64,000 bases of DNA from Octopus vulgaris (GCA_951406725.2 OX597822.1:71920001-71984000), one strand, 5' to 3'; positions 1 through 13,670 are shown, numbered from the stretch's first letter. Notes: generated by a model from the letters alone, not told the origin. Translations and numbers: made by a program.

Positions 1-69
1 AGTATGATAAATTTATTTGAAGTCCCAGTGGTAGATAAATTGCGCCTCCTTTGTGTTTAGAAAAGTTCG

Positions 70-196
<127 letters not shown>

Positions 197-363
197 TGTG
201 GCGAATAATTGATTATATACGGCTGGTTGATCATATCACTGCACAGTCTAAATGAATTGGACATTGTAAATAAATATACGTTGATGATGTCACGTACCAA
301 AACAAAAAATGACTACTTAAGCAGAATTTGAATATGATGCTAAACAAACACTCTTGTAATGTT

Positions 364-640
<277 letters not shown>

Positions 641-1215
641 TGGATAGAGAATGTGAATGTATGTACATATATGTGTGTGTGTGTGTGTAAATATATGTCT
701 AGATATGTGTATGCATGTATGTAAATATGAATATCTATATGTAAATATCTGTGGGAGTCTATGCATTCATACACACATATTTACATATAGATATATACCA
801 CATATACATACATACATATACGCATACATGCATACGATCATGCATATATACAAACGTACGTGCATACATACACCCATACATTGGTGGCATGAGTAAAGAT
901 CTAGTGACAAAAAAGGCTTCAAGTATAGAAGATAGAGCTATTCGCCTTAAAAGATCCCATCTCCCTCAATGTTTCCGCTCTGCCAATGCTGGTACTAACA
1001 TTTAAGATATTTGATTCTTGAGTGTTTTATCGAAAGCCTATATAAATGCTCGAAATACGAGAGTAGAAAAACAGTCACCAACTGATGAAGGGTTGTTTTT
1101 TGTGTTGTTTGTCTTGTTTTCCACTTGTGTCCTTCGGTGTTTGATAAAATAGTTCATATTCCATGTACTCGTATTTTATAATTGTACACGTTTCATGACG
1201 TCCTGTGCCCACATA

Positions 1216-1271
<56 letters not shown>

Positions 1272-1273
<2 letters not shown>

Positions 1274-1440
1274 GCTAGCTACTGCACATTCTTTATTTTC
1301 TCTTCTTGTTTCTATCTGTGGAAGAACGTAGGCTCGAAACGTTAAATACTTTTTCACTTCTTGAGCGTTATACTAATACATCTGTTTGTTGTCTGCACCA
1401 CCTGTCTTCGTCTTTTGTTTTTTTTTTGTGAATTCTCCCT
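1272..1440 (+). mobile_element. Non-autonomous Penelope-like repeat with variant hammerhead-like motif
   Basis: CTGTGGAAGAACGTAGGCTCGAAACGTT. Homologous to minus-strand copies at about 28205-28325, 38140-38340 and 54355-54490, all embedded in (TA)n. Confidence 0.5.
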
Positions 1441-1473
1441 ATATATGTACATATATATATTATTTATATTATA

Positions 1474-1525
<52 letters not shown>

Positions 1526-1590
1526 ACAGTTTGTCACTGGAGAAAGTATATAGTATTTTGTGTTTGGAATGAGTTCTCATCGTTAGCTGG

Positions 1591-1647
1591 TGATTATCAC
1601 ACACTGATGACGGGTTACTACCCAGAAAACCGGATCTGTGTGTATCA
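1591..1647 (+). ncRNA. Type I hammerhead ribozyme (minimal, Penelope/retrozyme type)
   Basis: Stem I CACACA/TGTGTG, core CTGATGA (1604-1610), stem II GGGT-TACT-ACCC, GAAA (1625-1628), near-palindromic ACCGGA, TC cleavage dinucleotide at 1635-1636. Confidence 0.75.
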
Positions 1648-1689
1648 CGTTAGGATAGGAACGATGATTTCCCTTCACAAATACTAATC

Positions 1690-1755
<66 letters not shown>

Positions 1756-1781
1756 AGACAACAATGAGACAACAAAACCAA

Positions 1782-2415
1782 GGCATCTCTGCGACAGCCA
1801 GTTTAAAAAGAGCTTAGTTTGTGTCACAAAATCACCCCCCACTTTAATTTTGCTCGGATTCTTTTCAAATTTGAGCTATGGATGGAGTTCGGAATTTTGA
1901 TTACACTCAACCAATTACTTTATCTCGTAAATTAAAGAATCTGATGCTATTTGGCTTAAATTTGGAAAATTTGTGTAATTTTAGCCATTCAATAGACAGC
2001 GAGGCATTAACAGCTACGCAGTTTCTCTGTACGTTTCGATTTTGTTATATTTGCGAAAACTTTATAAAGCGTCCATTACCTGTGCTTATATCAATTAGAA
2101 TTTTATTTTAGGTATTTTTCGTGAATTTTCGTAGTATTTTACATATATTTCGAGAAGTTTTTCTGTGTTTGTTTAGTTTTTGCTTGTTGGTAAAAGTCTA
2201 GAATGACAGCATCCAAGTCATTTAACTGTACCAGTCTGAAGGGGATATTGAAAACAGAGGTGGATGCTGCATATTACTTCGAAGAAAAGGGTGTTATCCT
2301 GGAAAAAAAAGTAGTTAATCTAGACACAATATGACTAAGAAAGTGGTTCACGAGAATTTGTACTGGCGGTGCAGTCGCAATGGATGTAATGAAAGTTTGT
2401 CAATAAGGATAAGAA
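1782..2415 (+). mobile_element. Merlin (ISXO2/IS1595-like) DNA transposon 5' part with decayed transposase N-terminus
   Basis: 2203-2415 translates with a frameshift as MTASKSFNCTSLKGILKTEVDAAYYFEEKGVI...HNMTKKVVHENLYWRCSRNGCNESLSIR, resembling the Merlin N-terminal Zn-ribbon WRC..C...SIR. Putative GG-start terminus GGCATCTCTGCG at 1782. Confidence 0.55.
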
Positions 2416-2980
2416 GAAAAAAAAGAAAAACCTCGAATTTTTCGCGTGTATTCAAACCCGCCGCAAACCACTTTTCTTTTCGGATAAGAAAGGGGGACGG
2501 TTGATGGAGGACCACGAAATTTCCCGGAACCCAGAAAAGGAAAGATGTGGCTGCTATTTTGGCTCTACTTTAATACAGAGGTCCCGCTTGAATACAGAAG
2601 TCCCGATGCATCTACATAACGAGATGTTTTTACAATGCACACTCGGTATGGGGTTAGGGTTAGTTTTAGGATTAGTTGGGGTTAGGGTTACATAGTATTA
2701 CTATTTCTAGCACGCCCTGCTACCATGTAACAGCTGTGTGCGATAAAGGACCAGCCGTTATAGCAAACAGCAGCTAATGCGGGTGCACTTGAAAAAATTT
2801 ATCCAAACGCATACAAACAAATACATTAATATAAGAAAAAAAAAAGAATAAAAATAAAAACACGACTTTATAAGGTATTTATCTTTATATGGAAACCTAC
2901 AATGAACAGGTCACACAGAGTACAACCTTCAAGTCGACACCTACTTTTGTTTGATTTCCTATGTGCATTTCCGCTTATTT

Positions 2981-3043
2981 TTCTTCTTACTTTCCCCTTA
3001 CATTTCCACGTGTAGTTTCTATTTTCTTTTTGTAACATATTTC

Positions 3044-3091
<48 letters not shown>

Positions 3092-3614
3092 TAATAAATA
3101 AATAAAACATATGCATATATACATACATATATGTACGTACCTACCTCTACATGTATATATACATGCATATATGGGTACAGGACACCAAAAACACGTCGAA
3201 CACAATGAGAAACGAAAATATAAACACAAAACCAAGGAAATGGATATTTTTTTAAACAGCGAAAAAATAGAGTACAGGACATACAAAACAAGGAAAATTC
3301 CCCTTCTTCAGTCGCCTTAGATTCATCTACTCCACGTTTCGAAGGTCAAGGCGATACATGACTTCAATGAAAATTTCCTTCCCGCGAAAATCAAATTAAA
3401 TAAAATTTGAGATTTTTTTGCGGAGGGGTAAAAATGGTAACAAAAACAGGACAGTAACGACAGTACAAAATATAAACATTAAAGGACAGGACACGGAGAG
3501 AATAACAGTAACACAAACAAGAAGGGCTGTTAAGCCAAACGAAATAAAATTTTCTTCTTACTTTCCCCTTACATTTCCACGTGTAGTTTCCATTTTCTTT
3601 TTGTAACAGATTTC

Positions 3615-3677
<63 letters not shown>

Positions 3678-3875
3678 CCTTGCCTTCGGAATGCGGAGTA
3701 GATGAAACAGGGACAAGTGATGAAGGGAAATATTCTTTATGTTGCATGTCTCGTTTCTCTGTTTGTTTTTTTTTGGGGGGGGTTAATGTCCTGTAACCAT
3801 ATATGCATGTATATATACATATATATGTAAGTATGTACATATATGTATGAATATATGCATATATTTATATATTAT
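2981..3875. mobile_element. Penelope-like non-autonomous element with direct and inverted partial repeats
   Basis: ~68 bp direct repeat at 2981-3048 and 3552-3620. Segment 3100-3355 is mirrored in inverted orientation at 3672-3870. A related copy lies at about 1030-1220. Confidence 0.5.
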
Positions 3876-3885
3876 TTATATCATT

Positions 3886-3953
<68 letters not shown>

Positions 3954-4347
3954 AGGTTAATCGAAAGCGCTCACACACTAGGAAAAAGATTTTATAACTT
4001 TTTTAGAAAATAATTTTAAAAAAGTTCTCTTTATACTTAAAAACTGTATTAAGTAATTTTCATGAAGACTTTCAAATGTGTGTGTGTGTGTGTTGTGTTT
4101 GTCCTCCACCACTATCGCTTGAGAACCAGTTCTCGTTTGTTTACATTCCCGTAACATCAGCACCTCAGCAAAAGAGGCTGATAGAATAAGTACTAGACTT
4201 TCGAAAAATGAAAAAAAAAAAGAACAGAAAAAGGGGGTCAGCAGATAAGCAGTGGGGTCGATATTTGTTCGACTAAACCATTCAAGACGTTGCCCCAGCA
4301 TGGTCGCAATCCAGTGTCAGAAATAAGTAAAAGATAAAAAACGAGAG

Positions 4348-4770
4348 GGCGATCTTTCGTCTCTAGTAGACCTTTCCGTCGATTTCCGTAAAAATTTTTT
4401 TTTTTTTACATATGGGCTTGCGGGAACTTTTGAAGTAATATACATACATATACACATACACCGAGTAAAAAATTTCTGTTATCTCTTTCTTTCACACATT
4501 ACTCTGTCTCTTCACACACACTAACAGAAGCACTTCACTTACACAACATACTGTCTGTCTCCCACACCCCATCAAACACGCACACACACACACATGTACA
4601 TCAATGCTTGCAATGCACGGTAACTTCAAAAGAACTTCCCTCGTCATAAAATCGCTTTCTCTTAGTCTCTTTCGCTCTCATTACTTCAAAAGTTCCCACA
4701 ATCCCATATGTAAAAAAAAAAAATTTTTACGGAAATCGACGGAAAGGTCTACTAGAGACGAAAGATTGCC
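4348..4770. mobile_element. MITE with ~90 bp TIRs and 8-bp TSD (Merlin- or MULE-like)
   Basis: TIRs GGCGATCTTTCGTCTCTAGTAGACC... / ...GGTCTACTAGAGACGAAAGATTGCC. Perfect TSD AACGAGAG at 4340-4347 and 4771-4778. Confidence 0.9.
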
Positions 4771-5439
4771 AACGAGAGGTTATAAATTACGGAAATTTTA
4801 AACCATAAGAAAAATCAGACTCTAAAAATAACTCTCCGGTAGGATCTTTTCATTTTTAGTTAACTAGGAAAATCTGGCCTTCAAACTGAAAAGATCCCTC
4901 CGGTATGTTATGCGTGAACGATATAAAAAATAAAGAAGACTCGTTCAATTTATCGTTTAAAAGAATATTGTTTTTCTTTTCCTCGTGGTTTTATATGAGT
5001 ATCCATTATTAATATTTTTTTTCTTTTTACTTCAATCTATTTTAATGAAATTAATTGCATTTATAATCGATTTCCCATATTTGTTTTTTTTTTTTTTTAT
5101 CGTTTGCAAATTTTAACTTCCCATTTTTGCAGTTATTAAAAAAATCTCTACACGTTTTTTCACTTTTATCGTTTCTTTTTTTACTTTTTTTTACTTTTGG
5201 TTGCAATTTAGTTAAGAAAATACCATTTTTCTTTTTGTTTTTTAACGGGACCTATTTACTCAGAATAAAGATGCACGATAAATTTGCCGTGATTCCTCAA
5301 GAAAATACGCACGCGCGTGCGCGCACACATACACTTACTCTCACTCGTACTATCACACGTACACTCATACACACATACGTACTCACGCACACACATACAC
5401 TCAAACACACACACACACACATACGCACACTCACTCGAA

Positions 5440-5661
5440 CAATCACACATACAAACATACACACACACTCGCACACACACAAACACACACACATGCAAAC
5501 ACACATGCAAACACACACACATGCAAACATACACACGCGCGCGCGTGCATATAAATTAAGACGGTATTGCTTGGTTCCTTTGCGTTTATCTAACACACAC
5601 ACACTTACACACACACACACACACACACACAAACGCACACACAAACACACACACTCGCACG

Positions 5662-5697
<36 letters not shown>

Positions 5698-5843
5698 CAA
5701 ACACACACACACATACAAACATACACACGCGCGCACGTGCATATAAATTAAGATGGTATTGCTTGGTTCCTTTGCGCTTATCTAACACACACTCATACAC
5801 ACACACACACACACACACAAACGCACACACAAACACACACTCG

Positions 5844-5883
<40 letters not shown>

Positions 5884-5945
5884 TGCATACACATTAGGTA
5901 CTGCTTGGTTCCTTTGCGTTTATCAAACACACATATACACACACA
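5440..5945. repeat. CA-rich minisatellite, 2-3 units of ~140-190 bp
   Basis: Core GGTATTGCTTGGTTCCTTTGCGTTTATCTAACACAC recurs near 5562, 5755 and 5898. Confidence 0.85.
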
Positions 5946-6984
5946 TACACACCGCATATATGTTTTATTCTTTTACATGTTTCACTCATTTGACTGCTGC
6001 CATGCTGGGGCACCCTCTTCAAGGCTTTTTGGTCGAACAAATCGAACCCAGGACTTCTTTTTAAAGCCTGTTACTTATTTTGTTCGTGTTCTGTATAGTA
6101 TATTGATAATAACAATGTTTTCAAAGTTGGCCACAAGGGAAATAATTTCGGGGGAGGGAGCAAGTTGATTAAATCGACCCCAGTGTGTCACTGGTACTTA
6201 TTGCCCAGACTCGTACCTGGGGGGGGGGGGTAACTTTCTCGGTGCAATCCCATGGTCAGTCATGACCAAAGGGGGTTTCGAAGAAAGTCTTAAAATTGTT
6301 CACGAAAATGAAACGAGATACAATCAATTAACATAAAAAACATCTGTGTTATTGCATTTAAGAATTTTTCGTCTAGCGCTTCAGAAAGCACACATATATG
6401 TGTGTGTTTTATTGATGCGCTAAGTAGCAAGTCTTCACATAATGTAAAAAATGGATCTCCGTCAATTTCGACGATGAGTATTCAATTCGATCAAATGAAA
6501 TATCTGCTCATTAAATTAGCAAGGGGGTGGTTGAATGCTCCTCAGATACACGTGCACTTAATGTAATCGCCAAGTCGAATCAGTGTGATAGAGTGTGTGT
6601 GACTGATCAGGGCCTCTGCATTACGGGTACAATCCATTCGATGGGCTTCCGCGTAGTTTCTGCCATCACAAGAATTAAATCGAACAGTGGCTAGTGCAAA
6701 AGACATTTTCTCAAACTGCGTCGAATTGAGATCGAATCCAGACCCTCGTGGTTGAAAAGCGAGCATCTTTTATTTGCATTATAGTAAAAAAAAATAGTTT
6801 ATAAGAAGTTTGCTTTGCAACCATATGGTTTCAGGTTCAGTCCCACTGCGTGGCATCTTGGGTGAATGTCTTCTACTATAGCCCGGGTCGATTAATGCCT
6901 TGTAGTGAATTTCATATATATATATATATATATATACAGGGAGTGAGGGGGAAGAGAGAGTTCATATATATAATATACATATAC

Positions 6985-7036
<52 letters not shown>

Positions 7037-7040
<4 letters not shown>

Positions 7041-7372
7041 AGTCGCATGACTCAGTGGTTAGAGCGTCGAGATTACGATCGTGAGGTTGTGAGTTCGATT
7101 CCCGGACCGGGCCGCGTGTTGTGTTCTTGAACAAGACACTTTATTTCACGTTGCTCCAGTTAACTCAGCTTTAGAAATGAGTTGCGACATAAATGGTGCC
7201 AAGCTGTATCAGCCTTTGCCTTTCCCTTGGATCACATCAATGGTGTGGAGAGGGGAGGCCGGTATGCATGGGCGGCTGCTAGCCTTCCATAAACAAGCTT
7301 GCCCGGACTTGTACCTCGGAGGGTAACTTTCTAGGTGCAATCCCATGGTCATTCATGACCGAGTGGGGTCTC
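7037..7372 (+). mobile_element. tRNA-derived SINE (family B; CORE-like body)
   Basis: Box A TGACTCAGTGG, box B GAGTTCGATTCCC, CORE-like GTGTTCTTGAACAAGACACTTT, and a tail shared with 16945-17135 and 6230-6275. Confidence 0.85.
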
Positions 7373-8080
7373 TCCCTCTCCATATATATATATATATATA
7401 TATATAGGAACTCTGTATATGCATAGAGGCATTTGTTAATCTCACGAGACCATGGGCCTGTGCGTGAAAAGTCTTCTTTTGGGTTTGTAGGCAAAACAGT
7501 ATCTGTTGTGACTGTTCGGTTGAGACTCAGCCTGTCCTGTCCTGGTAGTGTTTTTCCATCGAAAATAACTCAAGAGACCAGCAGCATCAATCTGCATACT
7601 TAAGCTAAAAGCCTATGTATTGAATGCCATATACAACAGCTTAATGTTTAGAAATTCACATCTTCCCCGCGTTGCGAATGAACTCAAGAAAATTATTTTA
7701 GTCGTTCTCGATTGTCCTCACTAGCAATTGCTACAAGGTTTGTATCTATTGACTTTTTACTCAGAGTGAAATATTAAAATATTAACAATTCCTCGTGTGC
7801 TGCAATTAGTCCACCACTCTATAACTTAATTATCGTTTATTACATTTGAAATTATGGAAATTATTCTTTGCCTAACAACACATTTGGTAATTTCTTTTTC
7901 TTTGCTGGATGATTCTAACTATTCTTTTCTGGGCTTTCCCCACGTGTATTAATTCCTTAATTTCTGACAAAACGACTGGTCAGATTTGTAAACTTAGAAT
8001 TATAAATTATCTTTCGGAATTACGGAGACGTACTTGCATAGCAAGTGACCTGATCTGAGATCGTGTGCTGAAACAAAAAT

Positions 8081-8284
8081 AATTGCAGCGTGGAAGGTGT
8101 TTATAAGGCATTTAAAGACACAAAAACCGTTAGATTCATTTCAACATTTCAGTTTTGTCAGTGAACAGGTCGCAGTCTCAAAGCGACGAAAATATTTTGA
8201 CAAATTAAATTTAAATGTTGAAATGAATCTAACGGTTTTTTGTGTTTTTAAATGGATTATAAACACCTTCCACGCTGCAATTGT
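8081..8284. repeat. Long inverted repeat (~68 bp arms) around a hammerhead-like spacer
   Basis: AATTGCAGCGTGGAAGGTGTTTATAA...TTCAACATTT versus AAATGTTGAAATG...TTATAAACACCTTCCACGCTGCAATT. Confidence 0.8.
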
Positions 8285-8479
8285 TTTTATAATTTTTTTC
8301 CGTTAAAAGCAACAAGCTAAAATCAAATGCTCTCATTGAGCTGAAAAATTCCTATCTGGGGTATCCCCCATTCAAGAAATGCTTCTCTAGTTCCTGGAAG
8401 AAACCTCTCACATTCCATAGTTTTCAAGAACCCTTCTTACCCTTTTTCTTCATCTCACTGGAAGTCAGTTATTTTATTG

Positions 8480-8990
8480 ATCTTCAAAACCATAAGCATA
8501 TCATTAACCACCTAGACAAATCCAGTCTCCTTTGCGACAAACAGTATAACATTTTGGTCTTCTAGATTCACTGGTGACATTTTCACAGTTATCAAGCATA
8601 TGATAAGTAATACCCTGGATAACAGATTTGATGAACATCCCCAAAGAATTTGTTAAGGTTGGGCATAAAGAATCGATTCATAAACTGGCCAGTATGATAT
8701 ACCGGGTAGTATCTTTTCTAAAATTAAATCATTCCTGACATTCAAAAATCTGAAAATTGCCGTTAATGGTCTTTTGATATTTATGTAATCAATACAAGTG
8801 TACTGCAAGGATCTATGCTGGGACTCACACTCTTTCTGCAAGTTACCAATGATTTATTTAAACAATGTAAACAAATTCTTTCTTTCTATATTTGCTGGCG
8901 ATACTATATTTTACAGTCTCATCACGAAGGCTGTCACACTCAGCACTTAGCAGCAGATCTTTTCTATAGTTAGTTATTCGTCTCTAAATT
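8480..8990 (+). pseudogene. Highly decayed LINE (CR1/L2/Jockey-like) RT remnant
   Basis: Broken motifs resembling L.DKQY.FRS.R.T, KV.H..LI.KL, VLQGS.LG.TLF...NDL and IFAGD (YADD-like). Confidence 0.45.
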
Positions 8991-8991
8991 A

Positions 8992-9054
<63 letters not shown>

Positions 9055-9058
<4 letters not shown>

Positions 9059-9270
9059 ATTCCCCACCAACATCGCTTGACAACCGATGCTGGTGTGTTT
9101 ATGTCCCCGTCACTTAGCGGTTCGGCAAAAACGACCAATAGAATAAGTACTTGGCTTACAAATAATAAGTCCTGGGGTCGATTTGCTCGACTAAAGGCGA
9201 TGCTCCTACGTGGCCGCAGTCAAATTTCTGAAACAAATAAAAGAATAAAAGAATAAAAGAAAAAAAGAAT
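9055..9270 (+). mobile_element. SINE family A, 3' half
   Basis: CATCGCTTGACAACCGATGCTGG...GGGGTCGATTTGCTCGACTAAAGGCG followed by the (AAAAGAAT)n tail. Confidence 0.85.
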
Positions 9271-10765
9271 ACTGAAAGCCTGGCCCTTTTCTGCCATCAC
9301 TCTTGTGTAAAGTCTTCCATTCTTTGGTCCCGTCAGTCTGGAAATTCCCTATCAGAATTCGGTTTGCTTAATTAAAGGAATCACATCCGATCTACTTGGA
9401 TATTTAACAGACAAATTGCAAATTCCATGCACAACATTTTTTCCCCAAAACATCAGAATAATAAATAAATTCTCACCATATTGCTTCCCTGCAGAATGTC
9501 ATCTCAGACGCTTTAAATTCGTGGTTAGCAAAGGTAAAGGTGTAAGCAGCTGAGGGCAGTTCCAACTGGATTTAGTCAAGGAGGAATGAAAGAAGATTTC
9601 AGAGGTGTAATTTACTCTACAATCAACTGGCATCTTAGACTGAACTGGTTACAACATCTAAGGTCCTATGACTCTGGGGTACTTTAACCATCCAGAAAGG
9701 TTTTCAAGGTTTTCAATGTAGACAGTAATATAGAATGTGGTAGCAGGAATTATGACCAGGATGCGGCCCGGCTTCCTCAGAGAGTAATGAGTTAATGCCT
9801 GAAACACTTACATGAAGGGGGCTTCTTCTCCGAAGACTTTTTGTCGTTCAGCTCTCCCTACAGCTTCTTATTACTTTGCCTGATATTAACAGGTTCCTCA
9901 TTTTAATATTCTTATCGTTCTTTTCAAACCATTTCACTTCATTTCATTTTATTAGCTCCATTATCATTATCTCATTAACCGTGTTTCATTGCAACCAGAT
10001 TTATTATTGCCATCTAACCGTATTTCATTTTAATCTTTCTCAAATATTTTATCAAGCCTTTCATTTGCTATCTGGAAATATGCTTGCATCAAAAAAAATT
10101 TTGTGGAAATGATTCTATTCTTAATTCCCTGGCCTTTTTTTTTGCTCAAAAGTGATCTTTGACTCTTGCTTGAAGTAATTTCGAATAAGATGAAATGTAT
10201 TTCTTAATCTACAGGCAAATTCAAACGCTGTTATGTTGATGAGGTCTAATGGATCGAAGCATATATGTATAACAAGCAAAAAGCCAGTTCAAAAATCTCT
10301 CTGAGATGAACGCAGTAATTGTACTAGCAAGTAATCTTCGAACGGCTTAACCGCGATTTTTTAACCCTAAGAGAACATCTCTTCTAGCTAGTTAACGAGG
10401 CACTACAGAAATAGCCCGAAACAAGATTAGTCTGCTGGTCCCGTCGTTATATATATATGCGTAATCACGGAGATGTGAGTTCGAGTCTCATAGCCGGCCG
10501 CCAACACTTTTTTCCGCAAAATAGGGGTAGCTTATCCTGTTCAAGCTATATTATTAGCATTATTCTGCGTTTGAGATTTTAAAATCACTTCTTTAACTTT
10601 CTAAGACATCTCAACGCTTCTAAAGCAAACTTCGTTTGTTTGTTTACGTTCATCGTAATTTGAATATATATATCATTGTTTGATTACACTTTTTCAATAT
10701 CTGTGTCATTCGATACTGGAAAAAGTATATGTATTTGTGAAGGGAACCTACTTCTCATCGACGAC

Positions 10766-10826
10766 TATGATTGTCACACGCCGATGACGGGTCAATACCC
10801 TGAAACTCGAGTCCGTGTGTATCATA
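10766..10826 (+). ncRNA. Type I hammerhead ribozyme paralogue (core U4->C, probably inactive copy)
   Basis: Stem I CACACG/CGTGTG, CCGATGA, stem II GGGT-CAAT-ACCC, GAAA, palindromic ACTCGAGT, GTC site. Lies in an element homologous to 1535-1695. Confidence 0.7.
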
Positions 10827-11165
10827 AGTTGAAGACGGGAAGGATGGCTTCCCTTTGCAAATACTGATAGGGCACAGAAAGTGTGTCTATAGCCAGCTGG
10901 AGGAGGTGTCCTCCTGGGGCTACAAACCACAGTAGCATCCACCCTTAGGGGTTAGCCATATTCAAATGGCAAATATACGTCACGATATATATATATATAT
11001 AAAAGAGAAAAGGACTTTTAAAGATCAGAATGAAGCGAAGTTTGTGTAAGAAAGTTTTTGTCTTTTCATGTAATTAATAATTTTTAATATTAGAAAATCT
11101 TTATTTCTTGAAATATCGTGACTGCAGTAAAAATTCTCTGCAAAGAAGGTTTTTGAAAGTATATA

Positions 11166-11235
<70 letters not shown>

Positions 11236-11271
11236 TGTGTGTGTGTGTATGTGTGTGTGTATGCGTGTATG

Positions 11272-11342
<71 letters not shown>

Positions 11343-11343
<1 letters not shown>

Positions 11344-11757
11344 CGCAGGATTGGCTGTGTGGTAAGTAGCTTGCTAACCAACCACATGGTTCCGGGTTCA
11401 GTCCCACTGCGTGGCACCTTGGGCAAGTGTCTTCTGCTATAGCCCCAGGCCGAGCAATGCCTTGTGAGTGGATTTGGTAGGCGAAAACTGAAAGAAGCCT
11501 GTCGTATATATGTATATATATATATATATGTATGTGTGTGTTTGTGTGTCCGTGTTTGTCCCCCTAGCATTGTTTGATAACCGATGCTGGTGTGTTTACG
11601 TCCCCGTCAACTAGCGGTTCGGCAAAAGAGACCGATAGAATAAGTACTGGGCTTACAAATAATAAGTCCCGGGGTCGATTTGCTCGACTAAAGGCGGTGC
11701 TCCAGCATGGCCGCAGTCAAATGACTGAAACAAGTAAAAGAGTAAAACAGTAAAAGA
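11343..11757 (+). mobile_element. SINE family A, full length
   Basis: tRNA-like head TGGCTGTGTGG...GGGTTCAGTCCC, CORE-like CCTTGGGCAAGTG, internal TA/GT microsatellite, (AAAAGAGT)n tail. Confidence 0.9.
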
Positions 11758-12214
11758 GAGAATATATATATATATGAGTGTGTGTGTGTATACATATATA
11801 TACACACACATACAGATATATATATATATATATATATACGCATACATAGAAATACATATAAATACAAACATGTATACATTCATACATACTCATACACACC
11901 AACACACATGCACCTACATATATTCGTTTCGTGTGTGTGTGTTTTGGGTTTTATGTATGAGTTTCAATGTGATTATGAGGATCCATTATCACTCACTCGT
12001 TTGTACTCGAGGTGAAGAAGTACTGCCCCGTCAGAGTCTGTAATGTGGGCCAATGTCAAAGGTCACGGCACCAAATTATACACTTACACTTAATTTAATG
12101 AATACCTCATTTGATTAACTCTGACCCCTATGACACAGTTTATAATCAGCTTCCTAGAAATGAGACCAAATTAACAGCACATTTCTCGTAATTACATATA
12201 TATTCTGTTATTCT

Positions 12215-12415
12215 TTTATTTGTTTCAGTTATTTGACTGCGGCCGTGCTGGAGCACCGCCTTTAGTCGAACAAATCGACCCCAGGGACTTATTCTTCGTA
12301 AGCCTAGTACTTATTCTATTGGTCTCTTTTGCCGAACCGCTAAGTGACGGGGACATAAACATACCAACATCGGTTGTCAAGTGATGATGGAGAGACAAAC
12401 ACAGACAAACAAACA
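12215..12415 (-). mobile_element. SINE family A, 3' half
   Basis: Reverse complement of 11560-11750. Confidence 0.85.
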
Positions 12416-12439
12416 TATGCATACATATATATATATGCA

Positions 12440-12484
<45 letters not shown>

Positions 12485-12494
12485 TTGCCCTTAA

Positions 12495-12547
<53 letters not shown>

Positions 12548-12619
12548 TTACCCTCAATTTATATATATATATATATATATATATCCTTGCCCTCAATTTT
12601 TTCCACTCTTTCGGAGCCA

Positions 12620-12830
12620 TCTATCAGCTGTTGATTGGAGTGGCTGTGGGAACTAAAGTGGGCTCCAACTACACCAACCTGTTTATCACATTAAGACTCA
12701 GGTCTTCACCCACTTAACCAGAGATACAACGGAGCTATACGGTCATCACACAGACAACTGTATTGGAGCCATGTCTTTCAGCAGCGAACAGCTTAACTCG
12801 TCCATCACTTTCATCGAATTCCTTCCCCTC
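12620..12830 (+). pseudogene. Penelope-like element RT remnant
   Basis: [21 protein letters not shown] resembles PLE Q..GVAMGT.MGPSYANLF; ELYGHHTDNCIGA resembles LY.RYIDDCIG. Confidence 0.6.
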
Positions 12831-13226
12831 TTCGCTAGAATACACATGCGTTATGTCATGTTTCTAGTAATTTTCTTTTCCAGTAGCCTCCACAACCCCG
12901 CCATCTCTAACTCGATCTTTTACAACCTAAACAACTTCCTATTCTTCCTTGATTTTAAGGTCACCCATTCTAGCACCTTTCCGTATACCTTTCTCTTTAC
13001 AATCCAGTACCCTCATCTTTCAACCCGAAATAGACCACAGTATAGTAATCCGTATTATATAGAAAGTCAGTTGCTATCTTCAACTCCATCTTCTTACTCA
13101 CGCATATGATGGATCCTCCCGATGAACATGACGTATGACCGTTCAGCTTTCTGCTGGACACCTGCACATCTGATTTGTTTATAATGGTCAAATGTGCTGT
13201 ATCCCAGTAGCAATATTGTCCGAACA

Positions 13227-13390
13227 CTCGTCGCCACTGATATGTCCCATGATGACGACACATTTTGTCGTCTCTACGGGACTGGTCCGAACGGCGTACC
13301 TTCGCAGACCGACCCTACTGAGTGTGTCAGTCCAGTATTTATTAGTTGTGGACCAACCCACTTCTCGCCTTGGAGACGTCCGCCACAACA
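13227..13390 (-). mobile_element. Short LTR (~153 bp) with primer-binding site (Gypsy/TRIM-like)
   Basis: Minus strand TGTTGTGGCG...AATAAA...ATATCA, then G, then TGGCGACGAG (13236-13227), complementary to a tRNA 3' end CTCGTCGCCA (as in tRNA-Ser GCU). Confidence 0.6.
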
Positions 13391-13670
13391 AAATGTATAT
13401 GCAGTACATTCGCTCATTCCCTTCATCAAATCGATGTTGTCTGAACAAATGCACGGTGTGCCATGCGTCAGGTGTGATTGTAGAGCAACGTGAAATGTGT
13501 TTTGCTAAAAAAACACAACGCACCACCTGGTCAAGGAATTGAAACCACGATCCCGCGATTGTGAGTGCAATACCCTAACCACTTGGCCATAAATTTAGTT
13601 ATTTCATTTGCATTCTGATGACATCTAAACTTGAATGAAAGACTAGTCTTCTAAGACCCATAATCAGGAT

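Noticed and set aside
3290-3355. Permuted (type II) hammerhead reading on the minus strand, also 1045-1095
   Set aside because: GAAAC and CTGANGA words are present but there is no convincing stem I or cleavage triplet.
5440-5945. Repeat-spacer appearance (CRISPR-like), also at 12480-12600, 28315-28490 and 42250-42430
   Set aside because: The spacers are microsatellites or homologous to each other, there are few units, no cas genes, and the context is eukaryotic.
7037-7112. tRNA gene candidates (also 10460-10512, 16625-16700, 61640-61710, 63215-63285)
   Set aside because: Box A/B are present but they continue into repeat bodies or lack a complete cloverleaf; treated as SINE heads or fragments.
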